From contig MEDY01000181.1 in NCBI GenBank assembly GCA_001724265.1, forward strand, positions 49,196 through 69,195: DNA of 20,000 bases, written 5' to 3'. Position 1 is the first letter of the stretch. Each line of letters opens with the position of its first letter. Source of the DNA: Rhizaria sp. SCN 62-66 (Eukaryota). The notes beneath the pieces were generated by a model. It did not search any database and had not been told where the DNA came from. It saw only the letters and a program-made list of their open reading frames with translations. The translations under genes and the position numbers were made by a program. This document shows positions 1 through 10,700 of the stretch, piece by piece.

Positions 1-2655
1 CTCGATGCCAAACGCGTTGACACCGCCGCGGAGCGCGTCTTGCACGTTTTGCGGCAGCAGCGAGAGTTCGTCGCTGTTATCATGGGCCTGGAGACAGTCC
101 GTCAGACGGCGTGGGTTGCGCTGCTTGGCCGTGACGGCGGCCACGGCGCCCTTGGCGGCCGCGGCGTCCTCGAGCGCGCCGCGCAGACGCACCTCAGCGG
201 ACATAGCCTGCTCCTTGGCGCGCTCGAGCTCAATGCGGAGCTGAGATGCCTCAGCATCGAGAATCTCGCAGTCGCGGCGCAGTGCAGCGCCGTGGGCCTC
301 GGAGTCCTTGAGACGCTTGAGCAGCTGCGCGCGCTCGATCTCGCCGCGGATCCCGCCCAGGGGCCCGTCGTCGTCGCCCGCAATTGCTGCCGCGGCCGCC
401 TGCGCCTGCGCCTCCTGCAACTGAACCTCGAGCTTCGCGTTGGCCGCGCGCGCTTCGCTCACCTGCTGCTTCAGCTCGATGACCTCCTGTTCCTTGCTCC
501 GCAGATCCGAGTTGAACTTGTGCGCTAGGTGCTCCAACTGCGCCGCGTGCGCCGCTGTGGTGCTCACCAGTCGCTCCTCGAGATCTTGCGCGGCGCGCGC
601 ACTCGCAGCACGCGCGTCCTCAGCCTCCTCGCGCGCGGTCTCGGCGGCGGCGACGACGGCCTTGCGCTCGGCCTCAACGCCCGCGAGTCGGACTTCGACC
701 TCCGCGCGCGCCTGCGCGATGGCGCGGTCCTGCTCGTTGCGCGCGGTCTTAAGCGCGGTCGCCAGCACGGCGTCGGCGGTGTCCTTGGCCGCGCGCACAA
801 GCGCAGTCGTGGCGTCGTCGTGCGACGCCAGCAGCTTCTCCTGGTGTGCGACGAGGCGGCGCTGCATGCGCGCCTCGGCCTCAAGCAGCTGGGCCTCGAG
901 ACGCTTCTCATGGCGCTCCTTCTGGCGGCGCATCTCGCCGCGCATCTCCTCCCACACTTGCGCGCGCGTGGCCTCCTCGACGCGCACTTCGCGCTCGGCC
1001 GCCAAAACGCGCTCGCGGCGCAAGGTGTACACCTCGCCCAGCAGCGCCTCGCCGCGGCGCTCGGCGGCCGCCAGCAGCGCGTGCACGTTGGACAGGGCCT
1101 TGTTAAGAGCGTCGCGCTCGCCCGCCGCGACGGAGAGCTGTTCTGTCAGCGAGGCAGTCGCGGCGGCGACTTCCTCGGCGACCTCGAAGTCGCCGGCGCC
1201 GAGCCGCGACACGGCGGGCTTGCGCGCGCCAGTGCCAGGACGCTTGGTGTCGACGCGCGACGCAACGCGGATCTCGCGCGCGACGGAGGCGTACTTAAGC
1301 GTATGAAGCGTCTCGTCGTATTCGGTCGGCGACGGGTTGACGTTGCAGATCATGGCCATGGAGCCATGGCCAGTGAGCACGTCACGGAACAGAAACGTGA
1401 GCTTCGAGTCACGGAACGGCACGACGCGCTGCGGCTGCTTCGGGTTGAGCTGGTTAAAGCGCACGGCCTCCAGGCAGCGGCCGAGCTGCATGAGCGAGGC
1501 GTTGATCTTGTTGGTCTCGTTCTGGCGCATGCCACCGGCGGCGGCGCCTGTCTTGCTCGAACGCTCAGCGCCGGCGAGGTCGCACACGGAGAGTTTGGCC
1601 CACGTCGCGCCCTTGCCGTTGGTGAGCGTGACGGTGAAGACGGAGTGCGAGCGCGAGGACTCAGCATTGAGCTGCGTGTGTGCCATGACACGGTTGGACG
1701 AGCCACGCTCGATGACTGAGAGCGCATCCTTGAGAGTGGCGACGCGCATCTGCGACAGACCGCGGACGCGGATCTCGTCCGTTGACGTCGCCACAACGGA
1801 GATTGGCTGGCGCTGCTTCGGGTCAGCGCGGCCGTCGAGCAGCAAGTCGAAGAGCTTCTCCTGGTAGATCTCGAGGTAGCTCGCATCTACGGTCAAATCA
1901 GCTGCTGCGCTGGCCCAAGAGTCCTCGCCGGCGCTGGCGCTCGAGGCGGCAAGTGTGCGCGCGCGGTCGATGCGCGCAAAGACCTCCTTGAGCAGGTGGA
2001 TCACGATACCAGGGTTTTCGGGCGTGCCCTGCATGGTGAAGGTCTTGCCGGAGTTGGTGACACCGTAGGCGAAGATGAGGCCGTTGGTGCCGGTGAAGAG
2101 CTTGTTCACGAGCGGAAGCGTGGTCACGCGGAACACTTCCTCCTGCTGCGCGTCGGGGCCAAGGACCTTGGAGAAGGCAAATGTGCCGTGTGCCTCACCG
2201 TTCTTGTACGACTGCGACGTCTCAGGGGCTGCGAGTTCGACGGAGTTGTCGCTGACGGGCTGCACTGTGGGCATTACGTCCTTGAGCTTGCGCACGCGCT
2301 CCTCATGCGCCGCACGCAGACGCCGGCGGTGGTCTATCTCCTTCTCGTCGAGTCCGTCAACGATCTCAATGTCGCGCGGGGCGATGATCAGCGGGCGCAC
2401 GCGCAGGTAGACCTGGACAGTCTCGCCCGACACAGCTGCCGCGCCAGCGGGGCGGGCCTTGGCCGGGTTAGTCTTCTGGGGCGTCACGCAGCCGTCCTCG
2501 GCCTTGGCTTCATCAATCGTGTCGTCAAAGTCGTCATCGTCGTTCTGATCAATGACTTTGGAGTCATACGGGGAGCCGGGCGCGGAGGAGCCCGCGGAGT
2601 CAGACGAGTGCCTGCCCGCAAGGGACCCACTCTTCATCATCGGGGGTCTCTTCAT
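1..2655 (-). CDS. Kinesin motor protein, probably kinesin-6 (MKLP/KIF20/KIF23-like): N-terminal motor plus long coiled coil; 3' end lies beyond the window
   Basis: Manual translation from ATG at 2655 (MKRPPMMKSG...); the frame is open to base 1, so it is missing from the ORF track. Motifs: VQVYLRVRP, P-loop IFAYGVTNSGKTFTMQG (GVTNSGKT is typical of kinesin-6), YLEIYQE, switch I NAESSRSHSVF, switch II DLAGAER, VPFRDSKLT, ETLHTLKYA. Motor spans ~2424-1270; E/A/R/Q-rich coiled coil below ~1150. No intron is needed. Confidence 0.93.
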   Translation of the reverse strand, partial: MKRPPMMKSGSLAGRHSSDSAGSSAPGSPYDSKVIDQNDDDDFDDTIDEAKAEDGCVTPQKTNPAKARPAGAAAVSGETVQVYLRVRPLIIAPRDIEIVDGLDEKEIDHRRRLRAAHEERVRKLKDVMPTVQPVSDNSVELAAPETSQSYKNGEAHGTFAFSKVLGPDAQQEEVFRVTTLPLVNKLFTGTNGLIFAYGVTNSGKTFTMQGTPENPGIVIHLLKEVFARIDRARTLAASSASAGEDSWASAAADLTVDASYLEIYQEKLFDLLLDGRADPKQRQPISVVATSTDEIRVRGLSQMRVATLKDALSVIERGSSNRVMAHTQLNAESSRSHSVFTVTLTNGKGATWAKLSVCDLAGAERSSKTGAAAGGMRQNETNKINASLMQLGRCLEAVRFNQLNPKQPQRVVPFRDSKLTFLFRDVLTGHGSMAMICNVNPSPTEYDETLHTLKYASVAREIRVASRVDTKRPGTGARKPAVSRLGAGDFEVAEEVAAATASLTEQLSVAAGERDALNKALSNVHALLAAAERRGEALLGEVYTLRRERVLAAEREVRVEEATRAQVWEEMRGEMRRQKERHEKRLEAQLLEAEARMQRRLVAHQEKLLASHDDATTALVRAAKDTADAVLATALKTARNEQDRAIAQARAEVEVRLAGVEAERKAVVAAAETAREEAEDARAASARAAQDLEERLVSTTAAHAAQLEHLAHKFNSDLRSKEQEVIELKQQVSEARAANAKLEVQLQEAQAQAAAAAIAGDDDGPLGGIRGEIERAQLLKRLKDSEAHGAALRRDCEILDAEASQLRIELERAKEQAMSAEVRLRGALEDAAAAKGAVAAVTAKQRNPRRLTDCLQAHDNSDELSLLPQNVQDALRGGVNAFGIE

Positions 2656-3239
2656 GGTGAAAGAAAGTCACAGGTTATCAGGATGTGAATGATTTGCAAG
2701 TATTTTCAATACAACTTTAAATATATATTCACAAGAAACATTTCAATTTCACGATCATCCACGGCGTTATTCACAGTTTTAATCTGTGCCACTTTTCTAG
2801 CCGTTGGACGGTTGCCCTACCAACGTATCTCGACCGCAGCTACTGGGCGCAACTGTTTTTGTTATCGAATTGAGAGGGACAATCTTTATATTTGAATATT
2901 TTAGTTCGCGAATGATTTAAAGAAAAATGATATGTATACGTATGAACAGAAAAGTGCGAATACACTTTTAACAAAGAAACTATGAAAACAGAGGTTGCAT
3001 TTTGTACAGTTTTGTGTTGAATCTCTTTTTTGTTGTTGGTGTTGTTGGTTAGCAACCACCACGCAGGCACATGCACACGAGCAGCCAGGCAAATGCACTC
3101 CGCCATCAGTCGTCTGATCGTCGCGCTTTCTCATATTCTTGTTGCTGCTGGGGCCAAGGCACACTATATGTTTTGATGAGTAACCACGGAGGGGAGTTGG
3201 CATTATAGCGTCTCGTTTCTTTACATGAAGGCTGCAATT

Positions 3240-4367
3240 TTACTTGGCAGCGTCGTCCTTGCCGAGAAGGGCGTCGATGTGCGACTTGAGCACCGACAGG
3301 TCCTCATCATCAACAAGTTTGAACTCCTGCACGAAATAGATGAAGTGCTTGAAGCACGTGTTGAGGTGCGCCTCGGCGCCCAGCTCGACGATCGAGTTGA
3401 AGTGCGACGAGTACACGTGAGCGTAGATGCGGAACAGGCGCTTGAAGATGGTCTTGACGCGCATGAGGAAGTCCTTGGGGAAGGGCGTGCCGACCTGGAG
3501 GGGAAAGATCTGCTCGTCGTTGAGCTGGGTCTCAACCCACGTCATGAGCAGGTCCACGTACTCGGGCGCGGAAACCTTCTCCGGCTTCTTGTACTTGACG
3601 CCATCCATCCAGTAGTACTCGTAGCCCTCGGCGGACATCACGGGGCACGACTGCGCGGTGCAGAACTCGGTCACGGTGCCGTACAGGAGCGAGATCTCGT
3701 TGAAGAAGTCGACGGCTGTAAAAGTAGCGGAAACAAGTGTCAGAGTATAGCGTGAGTTGTTGCGTGCACATGAGTTGGTGAAGTTCGAGGGAATCAAGAC
3801 CGTCGCCACGGTAATCAATGCATCTGGGTGGTATATGAAAGGCGTGTAGTTGTTTGAGCGAGAGACGTACTGTTGACGGCGAGCCACTCGTTGAGATCCT
3901 CGTTAGGGGGCAGGATGACGGCGGCGCGCATGTCGCCGCTGCCGAGCGTGGCGTTGGCGTACTCAGTCTTGGCATACTGAGACAGCTCGGACTTGCGCTT
4001 GTCCGTGTGCGTTTTGGGGGCCTTGAGGGTCTTGTTCCGGTTGCCACTACGCGGGGAGAAACCAGGAGGGACAAGATCGACGGATCGAGCAAGATTGGGA
4101 TACGGGAGAGTGAGATTTAAGAGCAAGACGCGTGGAAGCAAGACAATTTGACAGGTTTAAACGACGAAATCACACTGGTGCAGACGAGACACACTGGTAC
4201 AGAAAACATTGCAAGGTGGGTATAGCTGTCAAGACGCAGAAATGCAGTAGTTCAGTGGTTAATTGGTTTGAGCGTGCCACTGGTGGCAGCCTCTCTGGTG
4301 CGCGCGAGAGGTCTCCGTCAGAGACTCGACAAAAATGAATTTAGACGTACAAAAGCTTGCTGAACAT
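3240..4367 (-). CDS. MOB1: MOB1 kinase activator, 222 aa, 3 coding exons: 4367-4351, 4046-3871, 3715-3240
   Basis: Spliced product MFSKLFGNRNKTLK...[56 protein letters not shown]...YEYYW...IFKRLFRIYAHVYSSHF...AHLNTCFKHF...* carries the classic Mob1 motifs, including Zn-binding Cys/His. Intron phases are compatible (TT|T, A|CC). Stop is TAA at 3242-3240. Confidence 0.95.
3716..3870 (-). other. Spliceosomal intron 2 of MOB1 (155 bp)
   Basis: GTACGT...CTGAC...TTTTACAG on the - strand; removal restores the conserved [11 protein letters not shown]. Confidence 0.92.
4047..4350 (-). other. Spliceosomal intron 1 of MOB1 (304 bp)
   Basis: GTACGT donor after ATGTTCAGCAAGCTTTT, pyrimidine-rich 3' end, TAG acceptor; gives in-frame MFSKLF-GNRNKT, resembling MOB1 N-termini. 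Confidence 0.8.
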
Positions 4368-4643
4368 GGTCAGATGGGTTCCCTTTTAGTTAGCGATGCG
4401 GTCGCCTTCTGTTGGAGCAACAAACTCCCACCACTGGACGCGTGCTCTGGCTTCTCGCTCATCGTGCGGTGGTGGTCGACCGATGTGTTCGTAAAAAATC
4501 GATGGTCCTTCCGTCCGCGGTCGACCGCGCCACCGAAAGGTCATGTGCAAAGGCTGACTTTGCGGCTTGTGCGACGCTTCAACTAGCCGTGGTTTAGATC
4601 CAAGCACCCTTGTTGTTTTTGGACGTTGAGTGCACTTTTTAGA
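4368..4643. promoter_or_regulatory. Probable bidirectional promoter/5'UTR region between divergent MOB1 and eIF2B-delta
   Basis: Only 276 bp separate the two inferred divergent start codons. No specific promoter motif identified; positional inference only. Confidence 0.55.
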
Positions 4644-6697
4644 ATGTTGAATCCCGAGTCATCAGGTACGTCCATCGCCTACCATCTCGCTTTTTTAATA
4701 TGACCCTTTCCCCCGTGAGCTTTGCTCTCCCTGCGCAGCCACATTTAGCTCATTGTGCCTTCGTCTTTCATCTTTCCCCGCGCTATACCCTTCCCATCCG
4801 CGCGCTTTGCGTCCGTTCTGCCCGCTCAGTTCCTGAGGCCGAGGCGAGTAAGCCTAAGCAGCAGCGCGCGAAGCCCGACGCGGCGGCGCTCGCGGCTAAG
4901 CACGGCGGTCTGCCCCGCGCCGCCGACCTCAAGATCGGCGGCCCCGGGCCTGACGGCAAGGTCCTCGAGACGCAGAGCGACCTCAAGCGTGCGCGGGCCT
5001 GGCTCGCCGAGGCCAACAAGGCCCACAAGGCCGGCCTTCCCATCCCCGTCTTCGGCAACGCCGCCGCCGCCGCTCCTGCTGCTGCTGCCACTCCCAAGGA
5101 CGCTGCTCCACCGACCGGCTCGCTGCAGCCCGTGGCCCCGACCTCCGGCGGCGTGACCGTGCTTGGCCACGGCGGCGTCTCGCTCTTCGCGTCCCCAGCC
5201 TCCTCCGCGCCCTCCCTCGACGCGAGCGTCTCGGCCTCGACCGCAACCTCCACATCCTCGAAATCCTCCACCGCCACGGGTGGCAAGTCGGGCTCGGTGC
5301 TGGGCCTCGCGCAGCTGCCCGCGGCCAAGCAGGTCCCGCTCTTTGCGCACCTGCCACAGCCGGACGAGGACGAGCTGCTGGGCCTCAAGTTCGGGCTCGG
5401 CCGCGAGTCGCTGCACCCCGCCTTCCGTGCACTGGGGCTGCGCTACGCCACCGGCGAGCTCTCGGGCGCCACCGCGCGACTGGGCGGGTTCGTCCGCGCG
5501 CTCCACGCCTTCCTCGAGGACTTCGCGCCCGAGGCCGCGGCCGGCTCGTTCTCCGGCGCCGTGCTGCGCGCGCTGCGTCCCGTGCTGCGCTTCCTCAAGG
5601 AGTGCCGTCCGCTGTTGCTGCCGCTCGACACGCTGATGCGCTCGCTGCGCGCCTTTGCCGCCAAGCCCGCCGTGGCGGCGCTGCCGGCGGCCGAGGCGCG
5701 GCGCCGGCTGTCGGACTGGGCTGTGCGCTACCTCGAGACGCACATCATGGACCTCACGCAGGACCTGGCCGTCGCCGCGGCCGGGCTCATCAAGGACGGC
5801 GACGTCGTGCTGACGTACGCGCACTCGTCCGCCGTCGAGGCCGCGCTGCTGCACCGGTTCTCCGAGGGCGCACGCTTCAGCGTCATCGTCGTCGACGCAC
5901 GGCCCCGGCTCGAAGGGCTCCGCCTCACGCAGCGGCTCGCCGCCGCGGGCGTCGAGTGCGACTACGCCGACGTCACCGCGCTCGCCTACGTCATCCGCGG
6001 CGCGACCAAGGTGCTGCTGGGCGCGCACGCGATGCTGTGCAACGGCTCGGCACTCGCGCGCACTGGCACCGCGCTCGTGGCGATGCACGCAAAGAGCAAC
6101 AACGTGCCCGTCGTCTTCTGCTGCCAGTCTTTCAAGTTCACTGACGCCGTGCAGCTCGACGCCATCTGCAGCAACGACCTGGCGCAGCCCGCCGAGCTGG
6201 TCGCGCCGTCCGTGCTGGGCGCGTCGTTCGTGCCCGCTGGCGACGAGGCCGCGGCCGCGAAAAACGCGGTCGCACAGGATCCTTTCTCGCCCGCGCTCGC
6301 GCTTCTGCCGCTGAGCGCTGCGACGCCGCTCGCAGCCGAGGTTAAGCGCGCCAAGGACGCCGCCGCCGCGCGCGAGAGCGCTATTGCGAGCGCCAACGCG
6401 GCCTTCGCGGCGGCGTCCAGCAGCACGAGTGCGAGTTCGACCGGCCGCGGGGCGGGCCGCGGCGCTGGCGGCAAGGGCGGACGCGAGGCCAAGGACTCGG
6501 CGAGCATGGTCGCGCTGCAACTGAGCGACTGGCGCGAGCTCGACGGACTGAAACTGCTCAACATGAACTACGACGTTACGCCCGCCGGGCTGATCACAGC
6601 GGTGGTGACGGAGAGCAGGATTCCTGTGCCCACGACGTCGGCGCCGGCGATTCTGCGCGAGTTTCTTACCAACGTTGACCGTGCTATGCCCGAATGA
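4644..6697 (+). CDS. EIF2B4: Translation initiation factor eIF2B delta subunit (GCD2-like), ~629 aa, exons 4644-4665 and 4830-6697
   Basis: Motifs KQVPLFAHLPQ, LHPAFRALGL..SGATAR, FLKECRPL, IKDGDVVLTYAHSSAV, FSVIVVDARPRLEG, KVLLGAHAMLCNG..ARTGTALVAM.AK..NVPV, KFTDAVQLDAI..NDL and LLNMNYDVTP..LITAVVTE match the IF-2B family, delta type, with a low-complexity N-terminus. The ORF-track start at 4700 lies inside the inferred intron; ATG 4644 plus the intron gives MLNPESS-VPEAE. Stop is TGA. Confidence 0.92.
4666..4829 (+). other. Spliceosomal intron of eIF2B-delta (164 bp)
   Basis: CAG|GTACGT donor, C/T-rich body, CTCAG acceptor; phase 1 (G|TT) joins in frame to the high-GC3 coding sequence. Confidence 0.8.
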
Positions 6698-7708
6698 AGC
6701 GAATGTATGGGCGAAACCAACTGGGCAAACGAACGAGCGAATGGGATGTTAGATGTTATGTTCAAAGTGTTTCATCACTGCATGAGGCCAGTTTGCTCTT
6801 TGATGCGAACAAATGCTACGCGAAGACTGGGTATCCGAATGCTGGCTGTTTTTCGCGGGAATTCGATTTCTAACTAAAATGTCAGTTCTTGCGACGCAGT
6901 TTTGGTGCTAGCTGTGGAGTAGTAATGGAATACAATCCTGTTTCCTCCTGGAATCTGATGATACAAAACCGATGTTGTGAACACAGATAATGCGTGAGTT
7001 ATCGAATTATGATATCAATGCCAGAACTCTTTGCTTAGTGGTTCTCAAAAATACACGCACGACAGGCAGGCAGCCCATCGTCGTGTTGCACATGCGCTTT
7101 CAGGCCATTTTTTCTCGCGCTTATTATGTCACCCTGAGTCGTCATTTAGGTTCCGGAATTATTCGGTGATACACTATGGCACTGCTATTATGGAAATCAA
7201 ATGAGTACACTTTAGTATCCCTTCTAAACGCCTGCGGCTGGTTGAGGGAAAGTGGTGCTCCTTCGAATCACCTCCTGCTTTCAAGCACCAACCCATTTGG
7301 ACTTGTCATGCTGTACTACGACATAGGAAGAATGTTTCTGTGCACGGATTGGCTATATCCAGGGGATTTATTTTGATTCGCATTGGTTGCTTTTCTTCAA
7401 TCTGCTTGCATATCCCGTAATATCTTTTTTTCCCCCACGCACATCGAGTAACCACAAATTCAATTCTGCTCCTTTGTTTGCTCCCGTTCCCTTCCTCCAT
7501 GTCAGCATTTGGGCTTGGCCGTAGATCCCAAACGTATACCAGCGTTGATTTGCAGCTCACAAACGAGCGACTCGGCGTAACAAGCTTAGCGCATCTTTCC
7601 CGTGCAGTCACACCGCAGAGGGCGTCGACGCTGTGTTTGGCGTTCGGCTCTGCTCGCTTTTGCTTCGGCATCGTCCTCCACTCCCCGTTGCCACGCGTTG
7701 GCCCACGG

Positions 7709-10700
7709 ATGAGGCATGTGTTCTCACTGCGCACATGGCCCGCGCTTTTGCTGTTGCTGCTCGCTACACTGGCGACTTTGCTGACTCCTGTAACATCAGT
7801 GTTCTCGATAACTTTGAACGCAGGTGCAGCAGCCCGCGCGGGCACTGCAGTCGACGTGGCGTTCAAGCTGGACACCACCCTTGCAGGCGGCGTATACGAG
7901 GGCGACCTATTTCTTAAGTCGATGAATGACGATCCTATCTTTGTTCAAGGTACTTTACGCCACTGTCGCAGTGAAACTGTAAACGCCAGCGTTGGCATCG
8001 CCGCCACAGCATACGCCGCCGCTATTAACGCAAACACCTTTTCGTTCAACACCACTAATGCCATGACAAACCTTGTCGTCCGTTGCCGCATTACGCTATC
8101 CTTTCTTTATGCTAACTCCACAAACGTCGCTGTGCTCGCGGAGCGCGTGAACGGCGTAAGCCAGGGCAATTCCACAACAAATTTATTTCTCGTCGGCTCG
8201 CCTGCGATTGTTTTCCCCGACGGCGCCTTCCTGTGGTACAACGACGCGTGGATTAACCAGGGCACACGCTTCAACATGCGTTTTTCTTTCACGGGCTCGC
8301 TGCGCTCTGCGATCACTGAGCTGGGCGCGATGAGGATTAACTTGCAGATTGAGGCCGGTACAACACACACCTTTGCGGCCATTATGTCATGCACGCTCGA
8401 CATGGGTGCGACCAACGGTGGCGTCATTCAGCTTGCGGCGCCCACACTCTCCGGGGCGAACACGATTGCCAACTTCGCCATGCCCGCGCTTCAGGAAGAC
8501 ACGCACGACGGCCAGGCAATCACGCTCAACTGCCTCGCGCCGTGGCGCTCCGACACAGAAACTAGCGTGGTTGCGTCCTTCATCATCAACCCTTCGCTCT
8601 ACTTTGGCGTTTACCAGTTTACTGCATCTTCGCAGCCAACCATGCTCCCTATGTTCGCAAACACAGACTCATTTTCCGCCTTGTTTGCGATTGCCGAGAC
8701 GGCCCCCACGTGGAACTCCGTCGACCAGGTACGTTTCCGCTCTAGTGTCCTATCAAAACGTCTTGAATCCAGACACTTCCAGCGTGTCGACGAGTCAACT
8801 GTGTTTATCCAACCCTTACATACGAGCTTTCAATTGCTCGCGTGCCATGACGTGTGCTTACTAATTCTCATATTCATATTTTCCTCATACTTTCATAATT
8901 TTTCTCTTCTGATTCGTACTACGCCAGGGCTTGCGCGGCAGCTCCGGCACCATCAAGCTGGGCCTTAGTCGGAGCTCCGACGGTGCCTTCTACCGCGGTG
9001 GCACTGGTGCGTACTGCACCGTGGGCATCAAGGGCGTGACCCACGAGCTGTATGCTGATGCCTCGGTCGCCGTCGTGCCGCCGCTCCAGCCCTCGGCGCT
9101 GCTTAAGGACGGCTACTGCACGTTCCCCATCAGCTCGCTTATCGTGCATGGCGGCGCGAGCTTTGCGGCCGACGACGCGCAGCTCGTCTTTGGCCTTTAC
9201 TTTCCCACGGCGCCGGCCGCGCTAAAGGCCTCGGGATACGTGTCCTCAGACGGCTGGTTACAGCGCGCGTACTCGATCGACCGTCCGTTCACGACGAAAC
9301 CGCTCCCCAGGAGCACCAGTCTCGCCGCAGTGACGGCCTTCACGCCCAAGGGCATGTACGTGCCGCAGCGCAGCTTCCTGTTTGACGGCAACACGACTCT
9401 GGCCGCGTACGACTACTTTGCGTTCCCGCGCGAGCTGCCGTCGTTGCCCGACAAAGCGCGTCCGCACCCGCGGCCGGCGCCGCGCCGCCTGCACGCCGTG
9501 GCGGCGTCGCCCGCTAGTTCGCCGCGGTCCACGACGCTCAAGGCGTCCATGAGCGGCCAGCTCTCGTTCTGGTTCGGCGGCATCCGGCAGCTCACGCCCT
9601 CGTCATCGCCCTCGCACGTCGCGAACCTACTCAACGACCTGTGGGTATTTGACGCGCTGGCCAACACCACCACGCTGCTTGCAGGCGACCCGTCGAGCGT
9701 GAATATGGGCGCGCGTGTGTACGCGTCCATGACCTACAATCCCTACAACGTCCCAGCGGCGCGGCACTCGGCGGCGTTGGCCTACGACTCTGTACAGCGC
9801 ATGCTCTGGCTCTACGGCGGCGCTAAGCACGAGCTCATCAACTCGGCGGCGAGCGTGTACACGCTTTTCGACGACTTGTGGTCGTTCGACCTCTTACGCG
9901 GCCAGTGGGCCTGGCACTCGGGCAATTACGATGGCGTAACACGGCCAGGGTTTGCACAGGCATTCTCGGCTCGACCTCTTCCACTGGCCGGTGTCGCCAT
10001 GGCTGCGCACAACGGTTGGCTACTTCTCTACGGTGGCTTAGGCTGCGCGTCGAAGTCGCAAAACGACACCAAGTACAACGCATTAGTCGAGGCAGAGCAT
10101 CTTTTCTCCTACGAGACTGGGACGGGCAATTGGACGCGACTGCAGGGTTCGACAAACACATTCGACAACACGCTGCCGACACGCGGCAATTCAGTTCACC
10201 CTGCGGCGCGTGCGTACGGACAGCTGCTATGGCGCAACGACGCCGCAGCTAGCTAGGGCCAGTTGTATTTATATGGCGGCGTGCTGTCTCCGCCGCCGAT
10301 CGGCGCCATGACGACGGGCATGATCACCGCGGCCACCACGCGCGCGTCCGCAACGCTCCCTGAAACGGACTCATCCGTGTTGTCAGGGCTATGGTCGCTT
10401 ACGGTGACCTTTGCCAACAGCACCGCAACGTGGTCGCGCCTTGATCAGGCGCCCTTGATCGTCACCGCTGGTTCACGCGGAGAGCCGCGTATTGTGGACG
10501 CGTCCGCCGGACTTCAGCTTAACCCTGGTGGCCGTGTGTTTCACGCCATGAACGTTGCGAGCAATGGCGACCTGTTCCTCTACGGCGGCCGCGGCCACGC
10601 AGCCGGATATTGGGTGGATCCCGAATCCGCGTTGGCACCAACCGTCCCTCTGGGCGCTTTGCCACGACCGTCACCCTTCACGATTCCGCTCAGCGGTTTC

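Noticed and set aside
40-2688. Long + strand ORFs (40-528, 529-1719, 440-1306, 1996-2688)
   Set aside because: Antisense shadows of the high-GC3 kinesin gene; no recognisable motifs.
2656-3239. Short ORFs and a (TTG)n-like tract in the kinesin-MOB1 spacer
   Set aside because: AT-rich UTR/intergenic sequence with low complexity; no coding signal.
4199-4209. Alternative MOB1 first exon ATGTTTTCT|GTACCA
   Set aside because: A phase-0 donor is incompatible with the phase-2 acceptor at 4047; the exon at 4367-4351 fits and has the GTACGT donor.
4700-4829. ORF-track N-terminus of eIF2B-delta (MTLSPVSF...)
   Set aside because: Lies in a pyrimidine-rich GTACGT...CAG intron; ATG 4644 gives a cleaner model.
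4826-6520. 564-aa - strand ORF and other overlapping ORFs
   Set aside because: Antisense or alternative-frame shadows of eIF2B-delta, caused by codon bias.
6698-7477. Possible ncRNA/tRNA or small ORFs (7176-7376, 7306-7878) in the AT-rich spacer
   Set aside because: No tRNA cloverleaf, snRNA motif or coding-type codon bias recognised; an Infernal/tRNAscan search would be needed.
7478-7708. Upstream in-frame extension of the giant gene (TTG 7478, ATG 7499)
   Set aside because: Would bury the clear signal peptide that follows ATG 7709; treated as probable 5'UTR, though not strictly excluded.
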